A stretch of DNA of 64,000 nucleotides from Torpedo marmorata. Its lineage: Eukaryota. Shown here one piece after another: positions 1 through 13,796 of the stretch. The notes below the pieces were generated by a model. The model was not told the origin of the DNA, made no database searches, and was given only the letters and a program-made list of their open reading frames with translations. The number at the start of each line of letters is the position of its first letter. Position 1 is the first letter of the stretch. A program made the position numbers and the translations under genes. The stretch spans positions 198,152,001 to 198,216,000 of the forward strand of contig OZ360223.1 of assembly GCA_977017645.1 (NCBI GenBank), written 5' to 3'.

Positions 1-1013
1 GTCGACAATCAAGACCACATTTTTAAAATCAAGACACAGCAGGTAGTATTAAATAGTTTCTGCTAATACCCTTGCCTCTTTTTGAATAGACCACGAGGTG
101 AAATTTCCCACATGTGTGTTTCACTCCCAGACCTCTATCTTGTCGCACGATGACAAAAATTAAAACCTTTTCTGGCATTTCTGGGGAAAAGATCACTTGT
201 CATCACCCTGTGTGTCTGCAGAATGTCATCAGAAAGTTGCATGTATTGCTGTTTTCATTGTTGCTTATGAAAACATGGCGCAGAGAGTTTATAGGAGGGG
301 TGGAAGTGAAATTTAAACCAGATTTTTATTGAACATTAATCTGAAACTCTAGAACAGTTATTTGCTCCTGATAAAGAGACTGAACTCTGCACTCTTTAGT
401 GAAAGAATGAAGGACTTTGTTTCCAGTTTGTGTAACAACTCCAGTATTTTATAATAAATTGCCAAGAACTTGGGATATTATAAACTCTCAGAAGGAATAT
501 CGTTCATGCTGTATTCATTATAGTTTGTGGGATAAGTAATTTTTGCAAGCTTTGGTGATGAATGAATATATTCTGACATTGGGCTGAAATCTAGCTCCTA
601 AAATTCACAGCCTTTTGAACCACCACTGTGTGTTTGAGTGGAATTTTTTTCTCGGTCCATTGTCCCTATGGTGAACCTGTCAGAAATCCAAAGATCAGCA
701 CATTAAAGTTAGGCCGGACACATGGGAGTCCTGCCAGCAATTGGGGAGATGTGCCTGAGAAGCTTGAATGTGTGGGAGAGGAAGAAACATATTAGTTGTG
801 GGCAAAACTGAGATTTAATACAGATTTGCAATGAAAGGGTCAACATCTCATAGGAAGGTGAAAACACAGCTCAGTAGACAGAGAAACTAACGTACACAAA
901 TATGACAGTTGTGAACATGTGAATTTCAATTATAAAGCCTTGGGGTGAAAACACAAAATGCCGGAGAAGCTCAGCAGGACAAACAGTGTCCTTTATGTAG
1001 CAAAGGTAAAAAT

Positions 1014-1058
1014 ACATAACTGATGTTTCGGGCTAGAGCCCTTCATCAAGGTATGAGA
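1014..1058 (-). ncRNA. Second copy of the hammerhead-like motif, in the inverted pseudo-LTR
   Basis: Minus strand reads CATACCTTGATGAAGGGCTCTAGCCCGAAACATCAGTTATG. Confidence 0.55.
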
Positions 1059-2510
1059 GAATGCCGGCAGGCATCCGAACAAAAGATCAGGGGGGAGGGG
1101 GGGTGGTAAAGGCAGGAGATGATAGGTGGAGAAGGAAGGGAGGGGACAGCAGTGATCAGGGGGAGGAGGGATGGCAGGGTGGGTAAGGGGGGGAGGGGAA
1201 AGAAGGCGAGCAAGTTTAGCATAAAGCAGAGAAGTCAATGTTAAGGCCATCTGGCTGGAGAGTGCCCAGATGAAAAATAAGGTGTTGTTCCTCCAATCTA
1301 CCGGTGGTCAGTGTGCGATAGTACATAAGGACATGGACAGGTGTGGGAGTGTGATTGAGAATTGAAATGGTTGGCTACTGGGAGGTCACTGTTGTTGTGG
1401 ACGGAGTAGAGGTGCTGAGTGAAGCGATCTCCCAATCTGCGACCGGTCTCTCCGATGTAGAGAAGGCCACAAAGGGAGCACCGGATGCAGTAAATATGCA
1501 AGTGAAGTGTTGCTTCACTTGAAAGGCCTGTTTGGGCCCCCAGACTGTGGTGAGGGAGGAGGTGTGGGCGTAAGTGTTGCACCTCCTGCGGCCACAGGTG
1601 AAGGTGCCAGGGGGGGGGGGCGATAGGTGGGGAGAGATTAATGCACGAGGGAATCATGGAGGGAGCGGTCCCTACGGAAGGCCGAGAGTGGAGGGGAAGG
1701 AAAAATATGTCTGGAGGTGGGATCCTGTAGTAAGTGCCGGAAATTCTGGCGGATAATGTGTTGGATGCGGAGGGTGAGGGTGAAGGGGATTCTATGTTTG
1801 TTGCGTCTGGGGGCAGAGCGGGACAGGGCAGATGAGCGGGAAATGGAGGAGATGCAGGTGAGGGCTGAGTTGATGGTGGTGGAGGGGAAGCCACGTTTGT
1901 GGAAGAAGGCAGACATTTCAGAAGATCTGGACTGGAAGACCTCATCTTGGGAACACATGCGGCAGAGACGGAGAAATTGAGAGAAGGGGATGAAATCCTT
2001 GCAGGGGAAAGGGTGTGAGGAAGTGTAGTCCAGATAATTGTGGGAGTTAGAGGGTTTGTAGTATATGTCGGTGGAAAGCTTATCTCCCGAGATGGAGACA
2101 GAGAGATCCAGGAAGGGGAGAGTGTTATCGGAGATGGACCAGGTGAGTTAGCCAACCATTTCAATTCTGAGTCACACTCCCACACTCACATGTCTGTCCA
2201 TGGCCTTATGTACTATCCCAACCTGACCATCTGCAGATTGGAGGAACAACACCTTATTTTCCGTCTGGGCACTCTCCAGCCAGATGGCCTTAACATTGAC
2301 TTCTCTGCTTTCTGCTAAACATGCTCGCCTTCTTTCCCCTCCCCCTTTCCAGTCTTTCCACTTCTCCCCTCCCTTCCCCCTTACCCACCCAGCCATCGCT
2401 CCTCCCCCTGATCGCTGCTGTCCCCTCCCTCCCTTCTCCACCTATCATCGCCTACCTTTCCCACCCCCCCTTCCCCCCTATCTTTTGTTCGGACGCCTGC
2501 CGGCATTTTC

Positions 2511-2553
2511 TCATATCTTGATGAAGGGCTCAAGCCCGAAACATCGGTTATGT
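2511..2553 (+). ncRNA. Minimal hammerhead-ribozyme-like motif in the Penelope pseudo-LTR
   Basis: CTTGATGA-A-GGGC-TCAA-GCCC-GAAAC-ATCG-GTTATG: CUGAUGA-like core with an extra U, short stem II, GAAA and a very short stem III. Minimal hammerheads are known in Penelope-like pLTRs. Confidence 0.6.
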
Positions 2554-2954
2554 ATTTTTACCTTTGCTACATAAAGGACACTGTTTGACCTGCTGAGCTT
2601 CTCCGGCATTTTGTGTTTTTACTTCAACCAGGGTGTCTACAGATTTTCATGATTTAATTATAAAGCCTTGATCATTTGTGTTGATCAGAATGCATTGATT
2701 TTCATAATATTTATGCTGGAAACTTGAACTTGCCAAGAATGTGAAAAGATATTAAAGATTCTGAGAAACAAAATGATCTGGCACTTCTGTAATGCATGCT
2801 GTATTCTGAAGTGTAATGAATTTTAATCTTGTGGTGTTTTGTGCTTATTACACATGTTTCACAGCTATAATATCTGACAATGACAACACTGAATTATTCT
2901 TAATTATTTTATGTCAGAGCTAAAATATTGCAACTTGCTGTTAGTTACTGTTAC

Positions 2955-3983
2955 TCAGCGAGGATTGGTAAGAACATTTCCTCCACAATCTCCATCAGTA
3001 CCACAGGGCTGCATTTTTAGCCCCCTGCTTTACTCACTTTACACCTATGACTGTGTGGCTTGATATGACAACAACACCATCTACAAATTCGCTGATGATC
3101 CGACAGTAGTGGGTAGTATAAAAAGGGGTGATGATTCAGCATACAGGAGGGAGATTGAAAACTTGGCCGAATGATGCACCAACAAAACCTCGCACTCAAT
3201 GTCAGCAAAACCAAGGAGCTGATTGTTGACTTCAGGAAAGGAAAACCAGAGATTCATTGGGGGATTAGAGGTGGAGAGGGTGAGCAAATTTAAGTTCTTG
3301 GGAGTCACTATCTCGGAGGGTCTTTCCTGGACCCAACACGCTAATTGCATCATGAAGAAAGCACGTCAGTGCCTCTACTTCCTCAGGAGCTTGTGGAGGT
3401 TTGGTATGACATCGGAAACCCTGGCAAACGTTTACAGATGTGTGGTGGAAAGTATGCTGACCGGCTGCATCATGGTCCGGTATGGGGACACCAATACCCT
3501 TGAGCGTAAAGCCCTGCAAAAGGTAGTGGACACAGCCCAGGACATCACAGGCAAAACCCTCCCCACTATTGAGAACATCTACGGGGAACGCTACCATTGG
3601 AGAGCAGCTGCAGTCAAGGATCCAGACCACCTAGCACATGTTCTGTTCTTATTGCTACCATCAGGAAAGAGGTATAGGTACCACAAGACTTGCACTACCA
3701 GGTTCAGGAACAGCTGCTACCCCTCCACCATCAGACTCCTCAACAATAAACTCAATCAGAGACTCATTTAAGGACTCTTACTTTTGCACTTATTGGTTTT
3801 TTTTCTTCTCTGTATTGCACAGTCAGTTTGTTTACATTTCTTTATTTGTTTACGTGTGTACGTTGAGTGCAGGTTTTTTTTGCACTACCAATAAGTGGTA
3901 ATTCTGCCTCACTCGCAGGAAAAAAAATCTCAAGGTTGTATGTGAAGTCATGTATGTACTCTGACAATAAATTTGAAATCTGA
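2955..3983 (+). mobile_element. Rex1/Babar-like LINE, 3' fragment
   Basis: Decayed RT end (KFADD), ORF 3223-3771 with KFLGVTISEGLSW...KKARQCLYFLR, and a 3' tail TGACAATAAATTTGAAATCTGA. Confidence 0.8.
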
Positions 3984-4908
3984 TCCTGGTAAATGCTTCG
4001 CCTATCCAAGTACTCCTGACTACATGGGATCATTTTCTTTGTTTTCTCAGTAGGATCCTGGATTTTTTGAGAAAATTAAATTCTAGGGAATGCAGAGAGA
4101 CACCACAAAGCATGATGATGTATAGAGGAGGGAATACCCCAGGCTTTCTCCAGCTGCATTCAGGCACCAAAATTGCTGAATAAGCATGCAAAATATCCTT
4201 CTTAGTTTTAAACTGACTCTGGATCACTGGTTTCCTTTCTTGCTGCTACTGCCTGTTGCAAAAATATCTCCAAGGTGCAATGAACCTATGCCCTAAATTG
4301 AGAGTAATTGAGGAAACTAGACGGCTAAGGGACAAAACATTGTGATAACTGCCTACTTTGATGCAAGCAATGGCTATCGCTGCACTCCCGTGGAATCACT
4401 TTGATATTTCTAATTTCAAGGACTAGTTGGCCATAATAGTACATTTAGGAGCAAGTACGGATTGAAGTCCAGTGATCTGATCAAAATTGAATGGCTGCCC
4501 ACTCATTTGTCTGGCTCCTGTGTCAAATGCATGGAAGTGGCAGGCAGAGTATTATTGGCCTTAGTGCACCAGCAGTCACTCGTTGTTGGAAAGTGAAATG
4601 CTGGGACCACTGTTAGAAAAATTGGAATGATCCAGTTTCTTCAAGAAAGTTTGCATACATGATGGCAAAAGTCATTTAGGCCTGCCAAAGTCTTTATACA
4701 CAACTCAAGAAAAAACCATCATGAAATAATATTTCCTGATTGCTGGAAGTCTAGATCTCCTTTGCTGCCTCAACAACCCAATTTGTTGAGTTGTCAACTG
4801 TTTTTCTTGTTCTGTTTTCTCTTTCTCTTTCAACTATGCACAGTTACGATAGATAGATTTTTGAATAATATAGGAGAATTAAGGGTTTTGAGGAAAATGT
4901 GGGTAAGT

Positions 4909-7707
4909 TAGTGAGACATGGTTGCAGGAGGGATGTGATTGGCAGTTGAATATCCCTGGGTTTCGTTGCTTTAGGTGTGATAGAGCCGGAGGAGCAAGAG
5001 GAGGTGGTGTTGCATTGCTTGTCAGGGAGAATATTACAGCGGTGCTTAGGCAGGATAGATTAGAGGGCTTGTCCACGGAGGCTGTTTGGGTAGAACTGAG
5101 GAGTGGGAAAGGAGAAGTTACACTTGTAGGGGTGTATTATAGACCACCCGGAGGGGACCGAGTCCTGGAGGAACATATCTGTAGGGAGATAGTGGATAAT
5201 TGTGATAAGCACAGGGTTGTGATTGTGGGAGATTTTAATTTTCCACATATAGATTGGGAGACCCATTCTGTGAAAGGGCTGGATGGGTTGGAATTTGTGA
5301 AATGTGTGCAGGAGAGTTTTTTTACAACAATATGTAGAGGTACCGACCAGAGAAGGAGCCGTGTTAGATCTACTGTTAGCAAATGAGATAGGTCAAGTGA
5401 CGGAGGTTTGTGTTGGCGAGCATTTCGGGTCCAGTGATCATAATGCTATCAGCTTCAATGTCATTATGGAAAGAGATAAGTCAGGGCCAAGGGTTGAGGT
5501 TTTTGATTGGGGAAAAGCTAGATTTGAGGGGATGCGAAAGGACTTAGAGGGTGTGCATTGGGACAATTTGTTTTATGGGCAGGATGTTGTAGAGAGATGG
5601 AAGTCTTTTAAAGATCAGATTTTGAGAGTGCAAAAGATTTATGTTCCTGTTAGGTTAAAAGGAGGGGCAAAAGGCTTGAGGGAGCCGTGGTTCTCGAGGA
5701 ATATTGGAAACTTGGTTCGGAAAAAAAGGGAGGCGTATATTAAGTATAAGAAGCATGGAAATAAGGAGATGTTTGTAAAATACATTGAATGTAAAAAGAA
5801 TCTTAAGAGAGGAATTAGGATAGCAAAAAGAAGGTATGAAGAGACTATAGCAAGCAGGGTGAAGGTTAATCCAAAAGGTTTCTACAAATACGTTAATGGT
5901 AAGAGGAAAGCAAGGGACAAAATTGGTCCCTTAGAGAATCAGAACGGAAAACTGTGTGTGGAGCCTAGTGAAATGGGGGAGATATTGAACAGTTTTTTTT
6001 CTTCGGTATTCACCAAGGAGAAGGATATTGATATATGCCAGATAAACAAAGCTAATGGGGTAAATATGGAGAATATAGGGATTACGAAAGATGTAGTGTT
6101 AGGGCTTTTGAGGAATATAAAGGTGGATAAGTCTCCAGGACCCGACGGGATCTTCCCCAGGACCTTGAGAGAAGTAAGAGAAGAAATAGCAGAGGCTCTG
6201 ACGGCGATTTTCCAAATGTCATTAGAGACGGGGATAGTGCCGGAGGATTGGCGTATTGCGCATGTGGTTCCGTTATTTAAAAAGGGTTCAAGGAGGAAGC
6301 CTGGCAATTATCGGCCTGTAAGTTTGACGTCTGTGGTAGGTAAATTAATGGAGAAAGTTCTCAGAGATAGGACTTATAAATATCTGGATAGGCAGGGTCT
6401 GATCAGGAACTCTCAACACGGATTTGTGAGCGGAAGGTCCTGTTTGACCAATCTGATTGAATTTTTTGAAGAGGTGACTAGGACTGTGGATGAGGGTAGT
6501 GCAGTGGATGTTGTCTATATGGACTTCAGTAAGGCCTTTGATAAGGTTCCGCATGGAAGGTTAGTGAGGAAGGTGCAGTCTTTAGGTATAGATTCTGAGG
6601 TAGTCAAATGGATTGAACATTGGCTGGAGGGGAGAGGCCAGAGAGTGGTAGTGGATAATTGTTTGTCAGGTTGGAAGCCCGTGACAAGCGGTGTGCCTCA
6701 GGGATCTGTATTGGGCCCATTGTTGTTTGTTATATATATCAATGATCTAGATGATGGGGTGGTAAACTGGATTAGTAAATATGCAGATGATACCAAGATA
6801 GGTGGAATAGTGGATAATGAAGAAGGTTTTCAAGGATTGCAGAAGGATTTGGGCTGCTTAGAAAAGTGGGCTGAAAAATGGCAGATGGAGTTTAATGCTG
6901 ATAAGTGTGAGGTGCTTCATTTTGGAAAGAAGAATCAGAACAGGACATATGTAGTAAATGGGAGAGCATTGATGAATACAGAAGAGCAGAAAGATTTAGG
7001 AATAACGGTGCATCGTTCCCTGAAGGTGGAAACTCATGTGAATAGGGTGGTGAAGAAGGCTTTCAGTATGCTGGCCTTCATCAATCAATGCATAGAATAT
7101 AGGAGTTGGGAAGTGATGTTGAGATTATATAAGGCTTTGGTGCGGCCTAATTTAGAGTTCTGTGTGCAGTTCTGGTCGCCAAATTATAGGAAGGATATCA
7201 ACAAATTGGAGAGAGTGCAGAGAAGGTTTACCAGAATGTTACCTGGGTTTAAGAATTTAGAGTACAAGGAGAGATTGAACAGATTAGGTCTTTATTCTTT
7301 GGAGCGTAGAAGGTTGAGAGGGGATTTGATAGAGGTATTTAAAATTATGAAAGGGATAGACAGAGTGGATGTGGATAAACTATTTCCATTAAGAATAGGA
7401 GAGATTGAAACAAGAGGACATGAGCTAAGAGTTAAGGGGCAGAGGTTTAGAGGTAACATGAGGGGGAACTTCTTTACTCAGAGAGTGGTAGCTGTGTGGA
7501 ATGACTTCCGGGAGAAGTAGTGGCAGCAGAGTCAATTTTAGTATTTAAGAAAAAGTTGGACAAGTATATGGATGTGAGGAAAGTGGAGGGTTATGGGCAA
7601 GGTGCAGGTAGGTGGGACTAGATAGGAATGTTTTGGTTCGGTGCGGACTGGAAGGGCCTAATGGCCTGTTTCCGTGCTGTAATTGTTATATGGTTATATT
7701 ATATGGT
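4909..7707 (+). mobile_element. CR1 LINE, 5'-truncated and young, inserted into an older CR1 3' end (about 4845-4908 and 7708-7805)
   Basis: APE endonuclease (VYYRPP, GDFNFP, SDH) plus RT (VPQGSVLGP, YADD); TTATATGG-type tail; TAAGT duplicated at 4904-4908 and 7708-7712. Confidence 0.93.
4922..7520 (+). pseudogene. CR1 ORF2 (endonuclease-reverse transcriptase), with frameshifts near 5320 (T run) and near 7505
   Basis: ORFs 4922-5386 and 5304-7520 join into one CR1 ORF2; the N-terminus is missing. Confidence 0.9.
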
Positions 7708-8039
7708 TAAGTGGAACTGAGTCCATGGCCAGATCAGCGATGATCTTGTTGAACAGTGGAGCAGGCTCGATGGACCAGACGGCCTGCTCCTACTCCTTGT
7801 ATTCTTGTGGGTTTTTTTTAGTATCTAAAGGGGAACCTGCACTGGGATGTAGCTAAAAAAAAAATCTGAGTTACATCCCCATGGTGTATTTGAGGGTTCT
7901 TTCTAAACAATCAGTTTTAAGTTGGACTCTCGAGTAAATCTCAGAGCCTCAGAAAAGTTTTGACAAAAGGCTTATCCAAAGGGAAGTTCAGAACTTGTAT
8001 CTCAAAAAATAAAGACTAATTGATCCTTATGATTGGCTG

Positions 8040-8385
8040 CACAGTTATGCAGTTAGAGGAGTTGCTGTCTCACAGCTCCTACAACTCTAGTTCAATCCTA
8101 ACCTCTGGCACTGTTGTGTGGTGTTTTTACATTCTCTCTAAGAGCACGTGGACTTCCTATTGGCTGCTTTAGTTTCCTCCCACTTCACAATGATATGCAG
8201 GTGTGACTGTAAATTTCCCCTAGTTTGTACTTGAGTGTAGTGGTGATGGTAGAACCTGAGAAGAGTTGATGAGAAGATGGGGATCATACAATGGGATTAG
8301 TGTAGGAGCAATGTAACTGGGTGTTCAGTGGTCAGCACAGACGGAGAGGGCTGTAGGACCTATTTCAGTGCTGTATGACTGTGAC
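8040..8385 (+). mobile_element. HE1-like V-SINE, diverged
   Basis: tRNA-like head, degenerate V-domain (...GCTTTAGTTTCCTCCCAC) and CR1-type tail (CCTATTTCAGTGCTGTATGACT). Confidence 0.7.
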
Positions 8386-8537
8386 TCTATCTCAGCATTG
8401 GGTTTCACTAGCTAAACTGTTTCTACTTTAGAAACAGAAATTTAGACCAACTTTAGACCAGCAGAAGTGATGGAATTTGTGGCCTTGGCTGTTGTCCAAG
8501 GGTGAGTTCGTTCTTCCTGTCCTCACTGCTGGCATCG

Positions 8538-11390
8538 GTTTGCATCTGAACCGGAAGGGGATTAATATCCGTGTGGGAAGGTTTGCTAGTGCTGCTCCGG
8601 TGGGTTTAAACTAGATTTGCAGGGGGAGGGGAACCAGAGTGCCAGAGCAGATAGAGGAGTGGAGGAGGGAAAAGATTATGTTAAAATTGCATGCACAGTT
8701 AGAAGTCAACGGGTTGAATGTGATGGAAATGTTCTCAGGTGCATCTATTTCAATGCAAGGAGTATTGTAGGAAAGGCAGATGAGCTTAGAGCGTGGATTA
8801 GCACATGGAATTATGACATTGTGGCCATTAGTGAAACTTGGTTGCAGGAGGGGCAGGACTGATAGCTCAATGTTCCGGGCTTCTGTTGCTTTAGACGCGA
8901 TAGAACGGGGGGGATGAAAGGGGGAGGAGTGGCATTGTTAGTCAGGGAAAATATCACAGCTGTGCTCAGGCAGGACAGACGAGAGGACTCGTCTACTGAG
9001 GCTATATAGGTGGAGCTGAAGAACAGGAAAGGTATGACCACACTCATAGGTTGTATTATAGACTGCCCAATAGTCAGCGAAAATTGGAGAAGCAAATCTG
9101 TAGAGAGATAGCAGACAGCTGCAGGAAACATAAAGTTGTGATAGTAAGAGATTTAAACTTTCCAAATATTGACGGGGACTCCCCTACTATAAAAGGGCTG
9201 GATGGGTTGGAGTTTGTCAAATGTGTTCAGGAAAGTTTTCTAAATCAATATACAGAGGTACCAACTAGAGAAAGTGCAATGCTGGATCTCCTATTAGGGA
9301 ATGAGACAGGACAGGTGACAGAAGTATGTGTAGGGGAACATTTTGGGTCCAGTGATCATAATGCCATTAGTTTCAGGTTAATTATAGAGAAGGATAGATC
9401 TGGGCCTCGGGTTGAGATTCTAAATTGGAGAAAGGCCAATTTTGAGGAAATGAGAAAGGATCTGGAATGCGTGGATTGGGATAAATAGTTTTTGGGCAAG
9501 GATGTGCGAGGTAAGTGGACGACCTTCAAAGGTGACATTTTGAGAGTACAGAGTTTGTATCTTCCTGTCAGGATTAAAGGCAAGGTTAGCAGGCATAGGG
9601 AACCTTGGTTTTCGAGGGAAAATCCTAAGGGTTTCAACAGGTATATTAAGAACAAAAGGATAGTAAGGGACAAAATTGGTCCCCTTGAAGATCAGAGTGG
9701 CCGGCTTTGTATGGAGGCAAAAGAGATGGGAGAGGTCTTAAATGTTTTTTTTTCATCAGTATTCACTCAGGAAAAGGGCACAGAGTCGTGGTAAGTAAGG
9801 AAAACAAGCAGTGAGGTCGTGGAACCTATACAGATTAAAGAGGAGGAAGTGCTTTCTATTATCAATCAGATACGGGTGGATAAATCCCCAGGGCCTGACA
9901 AGATATTCCCTCGGACCTTGAGGGAGGCTAATGTAGAAATTGCAGGGGCTTTGGCAAAAATACTTAAAATGTCCTCAGCCACGGGTGTGGTGCCAGAGGA
10001 CTGGAGGGTAGCTCACGTTGTTTAAAAAAGGCTCCAAAAGTAACCCTGAAAATTATAGGCCGGTGAGCCTGACGTCAGTAATAGGTAAATTATTGGAAGA
10101 TGTTCTAAGAGATCGGATATACAATTATTTTGATAGCCAGGGGCTGATTAGGGCTAGTCAACATGGCTTTGTGCGTGGTTGGTCGTGTTTAACCAATCTT
10201 GTAGAGTTTGACAAGGAGGTTATCTGGAAAGTTGACAAAGGAAAGGCTGTGGATGTTGTCTGCATGGACTTTAGTAAGGCCTTTAACAGGGTCCCGCATG
10301 GGAGGTTAGTCAGGAAGGTTCAGATGCTAGGTATTCATGGTGAAGTAGTGAACTGGAGTCGACAATGGCTGGATGGGAGAAGCCAGAGAGTAGTGGTGGA
10401 TGATTGCTTCTCAGACTGGAGGCCTGTGACTAGTGGTGTGCATTAGGGATCAGTGCTGGGACCATTGTTGTTTGTCATCTATATCAATGATCTGGATGAT
10501 AATGTGGTAAAATCGATCAGCAAGTTTGACACTAAGATTGGAGGTATTGTGGACAGCGAAGAAGGTTTTCAAAGCTTGCAGAGGGATCTGGACCAGCTGG
10601 AAAAATGGGCTGAAAAATGGCAGATGGAATTTAATGCAGACAAGTGTGAGGTGTTGCATTTTTGAAAGACAAACCAAGAAAGGACATACTCGATAAATGG
10701 TAGGGCTCTGAGGAGTGCGGTAGAACAAAGGGATCTGGGTCACAGGTGGATAGGGTTGTAAAGAGAGCTTTTGGCATATTAGCCTTCATAAATCAAAGTA
10801 TTGAGTATAGGAGTTGGGATGTTATGTTAAAGTTGTACAAGACATTGGTGAGGCCACATTTGGAGTATTGGGTGCGGTTTTGGTCACCTAACTACAGGAA
10901 AGACATCAATAAGATAGAAAGAGTGCAGAGAAGATTTACTAGGATGTTTCTTGGACTTCAGGAACTGAGTTACAGGGAAAGGTTAAACAGGTTAGGACTT
11001 TATTCCCTGGAGCGTAGAAGAATGAGGGAAGATTTGATAGAGTTATTTAAAATTATGAGGGGGATAGACAGAGTAAATGTAGATAGGCTTTTTCCACTGA
11101 GGGTAGGTGAGATACAAACCAGAGGATATGGGTTAAGAGTGAAAGGGGAAAAGTTTAGGGGGAACATAAGGGGGAACTTCTTCACACAGAGAGTGGTGAG
11201 GGTGTGGAACGAGCTTCCAGCTAAAGTGGTGAATGCGGGCTCAATTTTAACATTTAAGAGGAATTTGGACAGGTACATGGATGGGAGAGGTATGGAGGGC
11301 TATGGACTGGGTGCAGGTCAGTGGGACTAAGCGAAAAAAATGGTTCAGCCAGACTAGAAGTGCCGAAGAGGCCTGTTTCTGTGGTTCTAT
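8538..11390 (+). mobile_element. CR1 LINE, degraded (end of ORF1 plus disrupted ORF2)
   Basis: Begins with GLHLNRKG, resembling the end of an SGNH-esterase ORF1; then YFNARSI, ISETWL and RT fragments in ORFs 8617-11330 with several stops and frameshifts; CR1 tail. Confidence 0.92.
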
Positions 11391-12924
11391 GGAACTTGTT
11401 GACCAAGATGAAGCAATTATTGTGCTCTATTTGAAATACTGGAGCCTGCATGAGTAAGGTCCAAGTGCTCAGGTTTTCTATGTTTATCCATTGTGCTGGC
11501 AGTAGATAAGTGGGAGAGCTTCTACAAAAAAGTAACCCTGCAGTATCTGTTTACCCTCTGTGACACTAACTCTTTTCCAAAATATTGTTACGGTGCTTGC
11601 AGCCAAAGATATTATTGCCTCGTGTGTGTGACTTTTTAGTTTCCTGTAGGAAAAGGAGATGTGAAAAATCATGTTGAGTTGGATTTATAAGGGGAAGAAT
11701 ATTGTGACTATCAGCATATTGATTTAGTAGCACAGGTACTGGAACTATTGCTTAAAATAAAATCAAGTCCTACTATTGCCAATACTATCTATTGTTGAGG
11801 CCACTTGTTATTTGTGAAGCAAGTTCCCTTTATAGATTTCGTCTAACTCGCCTCTGGCTTCTTCACACCTCACAGATTGGCACTGACTGAACATATGGGT
11901 ACAGATTCAAAGCGTCATTAAAATTCCAACTGGCATCTATGCATTCACCCTTTTTTGGCAACTGAAATATCTCACATTTAAACTTAGGACACTGGGGGAA
12001 TTCAGTAAGTGTCTTTGTATCTCAACATTCTCTGTAATCATTTAATTAACTGTGTCAAAAGCTCGTTTGGAAAGACAAATAAAAAAATATTGTCTTAAAA
12101 TAGTTCAAGTTTAACTGTATCCTGACCTCAGTTAAGGCACTGCTGCATTAACTTTTCAGAAAAAGTCTTTTAAAGTAAAACCGTTGTTTAAAAAAGTAGC
12201 TCGAAGAAAGTGGAGGGGTTCTATAGATTGTATCTATGTTTGCAATAAAATACTGTATCTGATAGTTTAACTCTTAGATTGGCAAATGTATTGTAACCTT
12301 TGAATTCTATAGCATTTATCTGGATTAGTTATGTAGACTTACAAAAATATATGTAAAGTAAAAGAATAATAAACCTCACATTTTAGGGGTGAGTATTAAT
12401 AACAAAAATGTCTAATATTACGAATGGAAATAATAACAGGAGAAATAAAGAATTCTTGCAACTTAAGTGCATTTAGCTTTATCTACTATAACTTGAGTCC
12501 CTTGAATGCCTTAGAAATGCAGAAAAGATTTAAACTTCCACAAATGCACACTTGGGATCCTATCTTGTGGTTATTACCATGGACATCCCAATAAAGAAAA
12601 AATGACTTTGGAGGCTGTGGGAATTTGAGAATTCCTGGTATATTACACACACTGCGCTTCCCCACTCAAGCCAGCTACATGGACATCTGGCATCCCTTTC
12701 TGAGATAGGGATTCAACTGTCAAGAAGGAGGAACTGCAATCTTTTTTTTCTGCTATTATTGTTCTCTTGCGTTGCACCTGGGACTCTCTAATATTGTCAA
12801 TGTAACTCTGTGGCTTGATGCTTGAAGGATGACACCACATGTTGAAGTTGACTTTTCCCCAGTGGCAATGTGCCTTCTCCTGGTTTGGTTATTACAGGAA
12901 TCATGCCCTACACTTGAATATTGC

Positions 12925-13220
12925 ATGGTGCAGCCAAACAAACCCAGTTCCTATGATCTGGGTTTGATTCTGACCTACTTGGTATGTGTAGAATTTGCAC
13001 CATCATCTTGAGATTACATGGGTTCTTCTGTATGCTCCAGTTTCTCCCAGATCCCATTGATGTACTAGCTGGTTAGTTAATTGAATATTGTAAATTGCCC
13101 CTAATGTAATTGAGTGGCAGTAGGATCAGGGTGGATTTGATGGTAATACTTGGGGAATGGGATTAATGTGATGCTCTGAGAGCTGGCATACTTTTGATGG
13201 ACCAAATAGCCTCCTTTGTG
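12925..13220 (+). mobile_element. Old HE1-like V-SINE
   Basis: GATCTGGGTTTGATTC B-box-like sequence, TGTAGAATTTGCAC...TGCTCCAGTTTCTCCCA V-domain and a CR1-like tail. Confidence 0.6.
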
Positions 13221-13663
13221 GCAAGAAAGTATGAAAACTATTAAGAAGCTGCCTCGGTATACCACTCCCACCTTGCATATGCATACAATGCTGAAAGCTT
13301 TTAACTTGCCATTCTCTGAAGTTAATATGAAGATATGTCATTTCAAATTTTAGTTTGAATCTGCATCTTCTGTGCATTGTGTAGTAAAGACTTCAGTTCA
13401 TTTTCTATGTTGCAGATGTGTATGTGTATGTTTTTCTTAACTATTAATAACATGCATTGGGAATTGAGGTCAAATTGGATTGCTCTGAGAAATGTCTACC
13501 ACTCCCAGATATTTATAGCGCATCCCAGTTCAGTTATGAATTTTGCTTTAAAGTTGCATTTGAAAAAGAAATAGAAAAAATTGCAGCGAAAAGAGAGCTT
13601 GGTTATAAAGAGGAATTGCATCTAAATGATTTCTCTCATTTTAAACCAGACCTGTGAAAATGT

Positions 13664-13796
13664 CACAAGATCACAAGATATATGAGCAAGGTATAGGAGC
13701 AGAAGTAGGCCCAATGGCCCATCGAGTCTGCTCCGCCATTCTAATCATGAGCTGATCCATCCTCCCACTCAGCCCCACTCCCTGGCTTTCTCCCCA
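13664..13796 (-). mobile_element. CR1 3'-end fragment
   Basis: TAGGAGCAGAAGTAGGCC...GAGTCTGCTCCGCCATT is the reverse complement of the tail type seen at 7710-7805. Confidence 0.65.

Larger units (their letters stand above)
943..2655 (-). mobile_element. Penelope-like retroelement, 5'-truncated, with inverted pseudo-LTR arms (about 947-1377 on -, about 2149-2655 on +)
   Basis: Minus-strand frameshifted ORF pieces include a GIY-YIG endonuclease (HIYCIRCSLCGLLYIGETGRRLGDRF) and an RT C-terminal region. The two arms are reverse complements. A 15-bp direct repeat AATTATAAAGCCTTG flanks the element (928-942, 2656-2670). Confidence 0.9.

Noticed and set aside
405-540. Possible host exon (open frame of about 45 codons) and other short ORFs at 13457, 14575, 22879 and 39917
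   Set aside because: No recognisable homology or convincing paired splice sites; lengths are compatible with chance.
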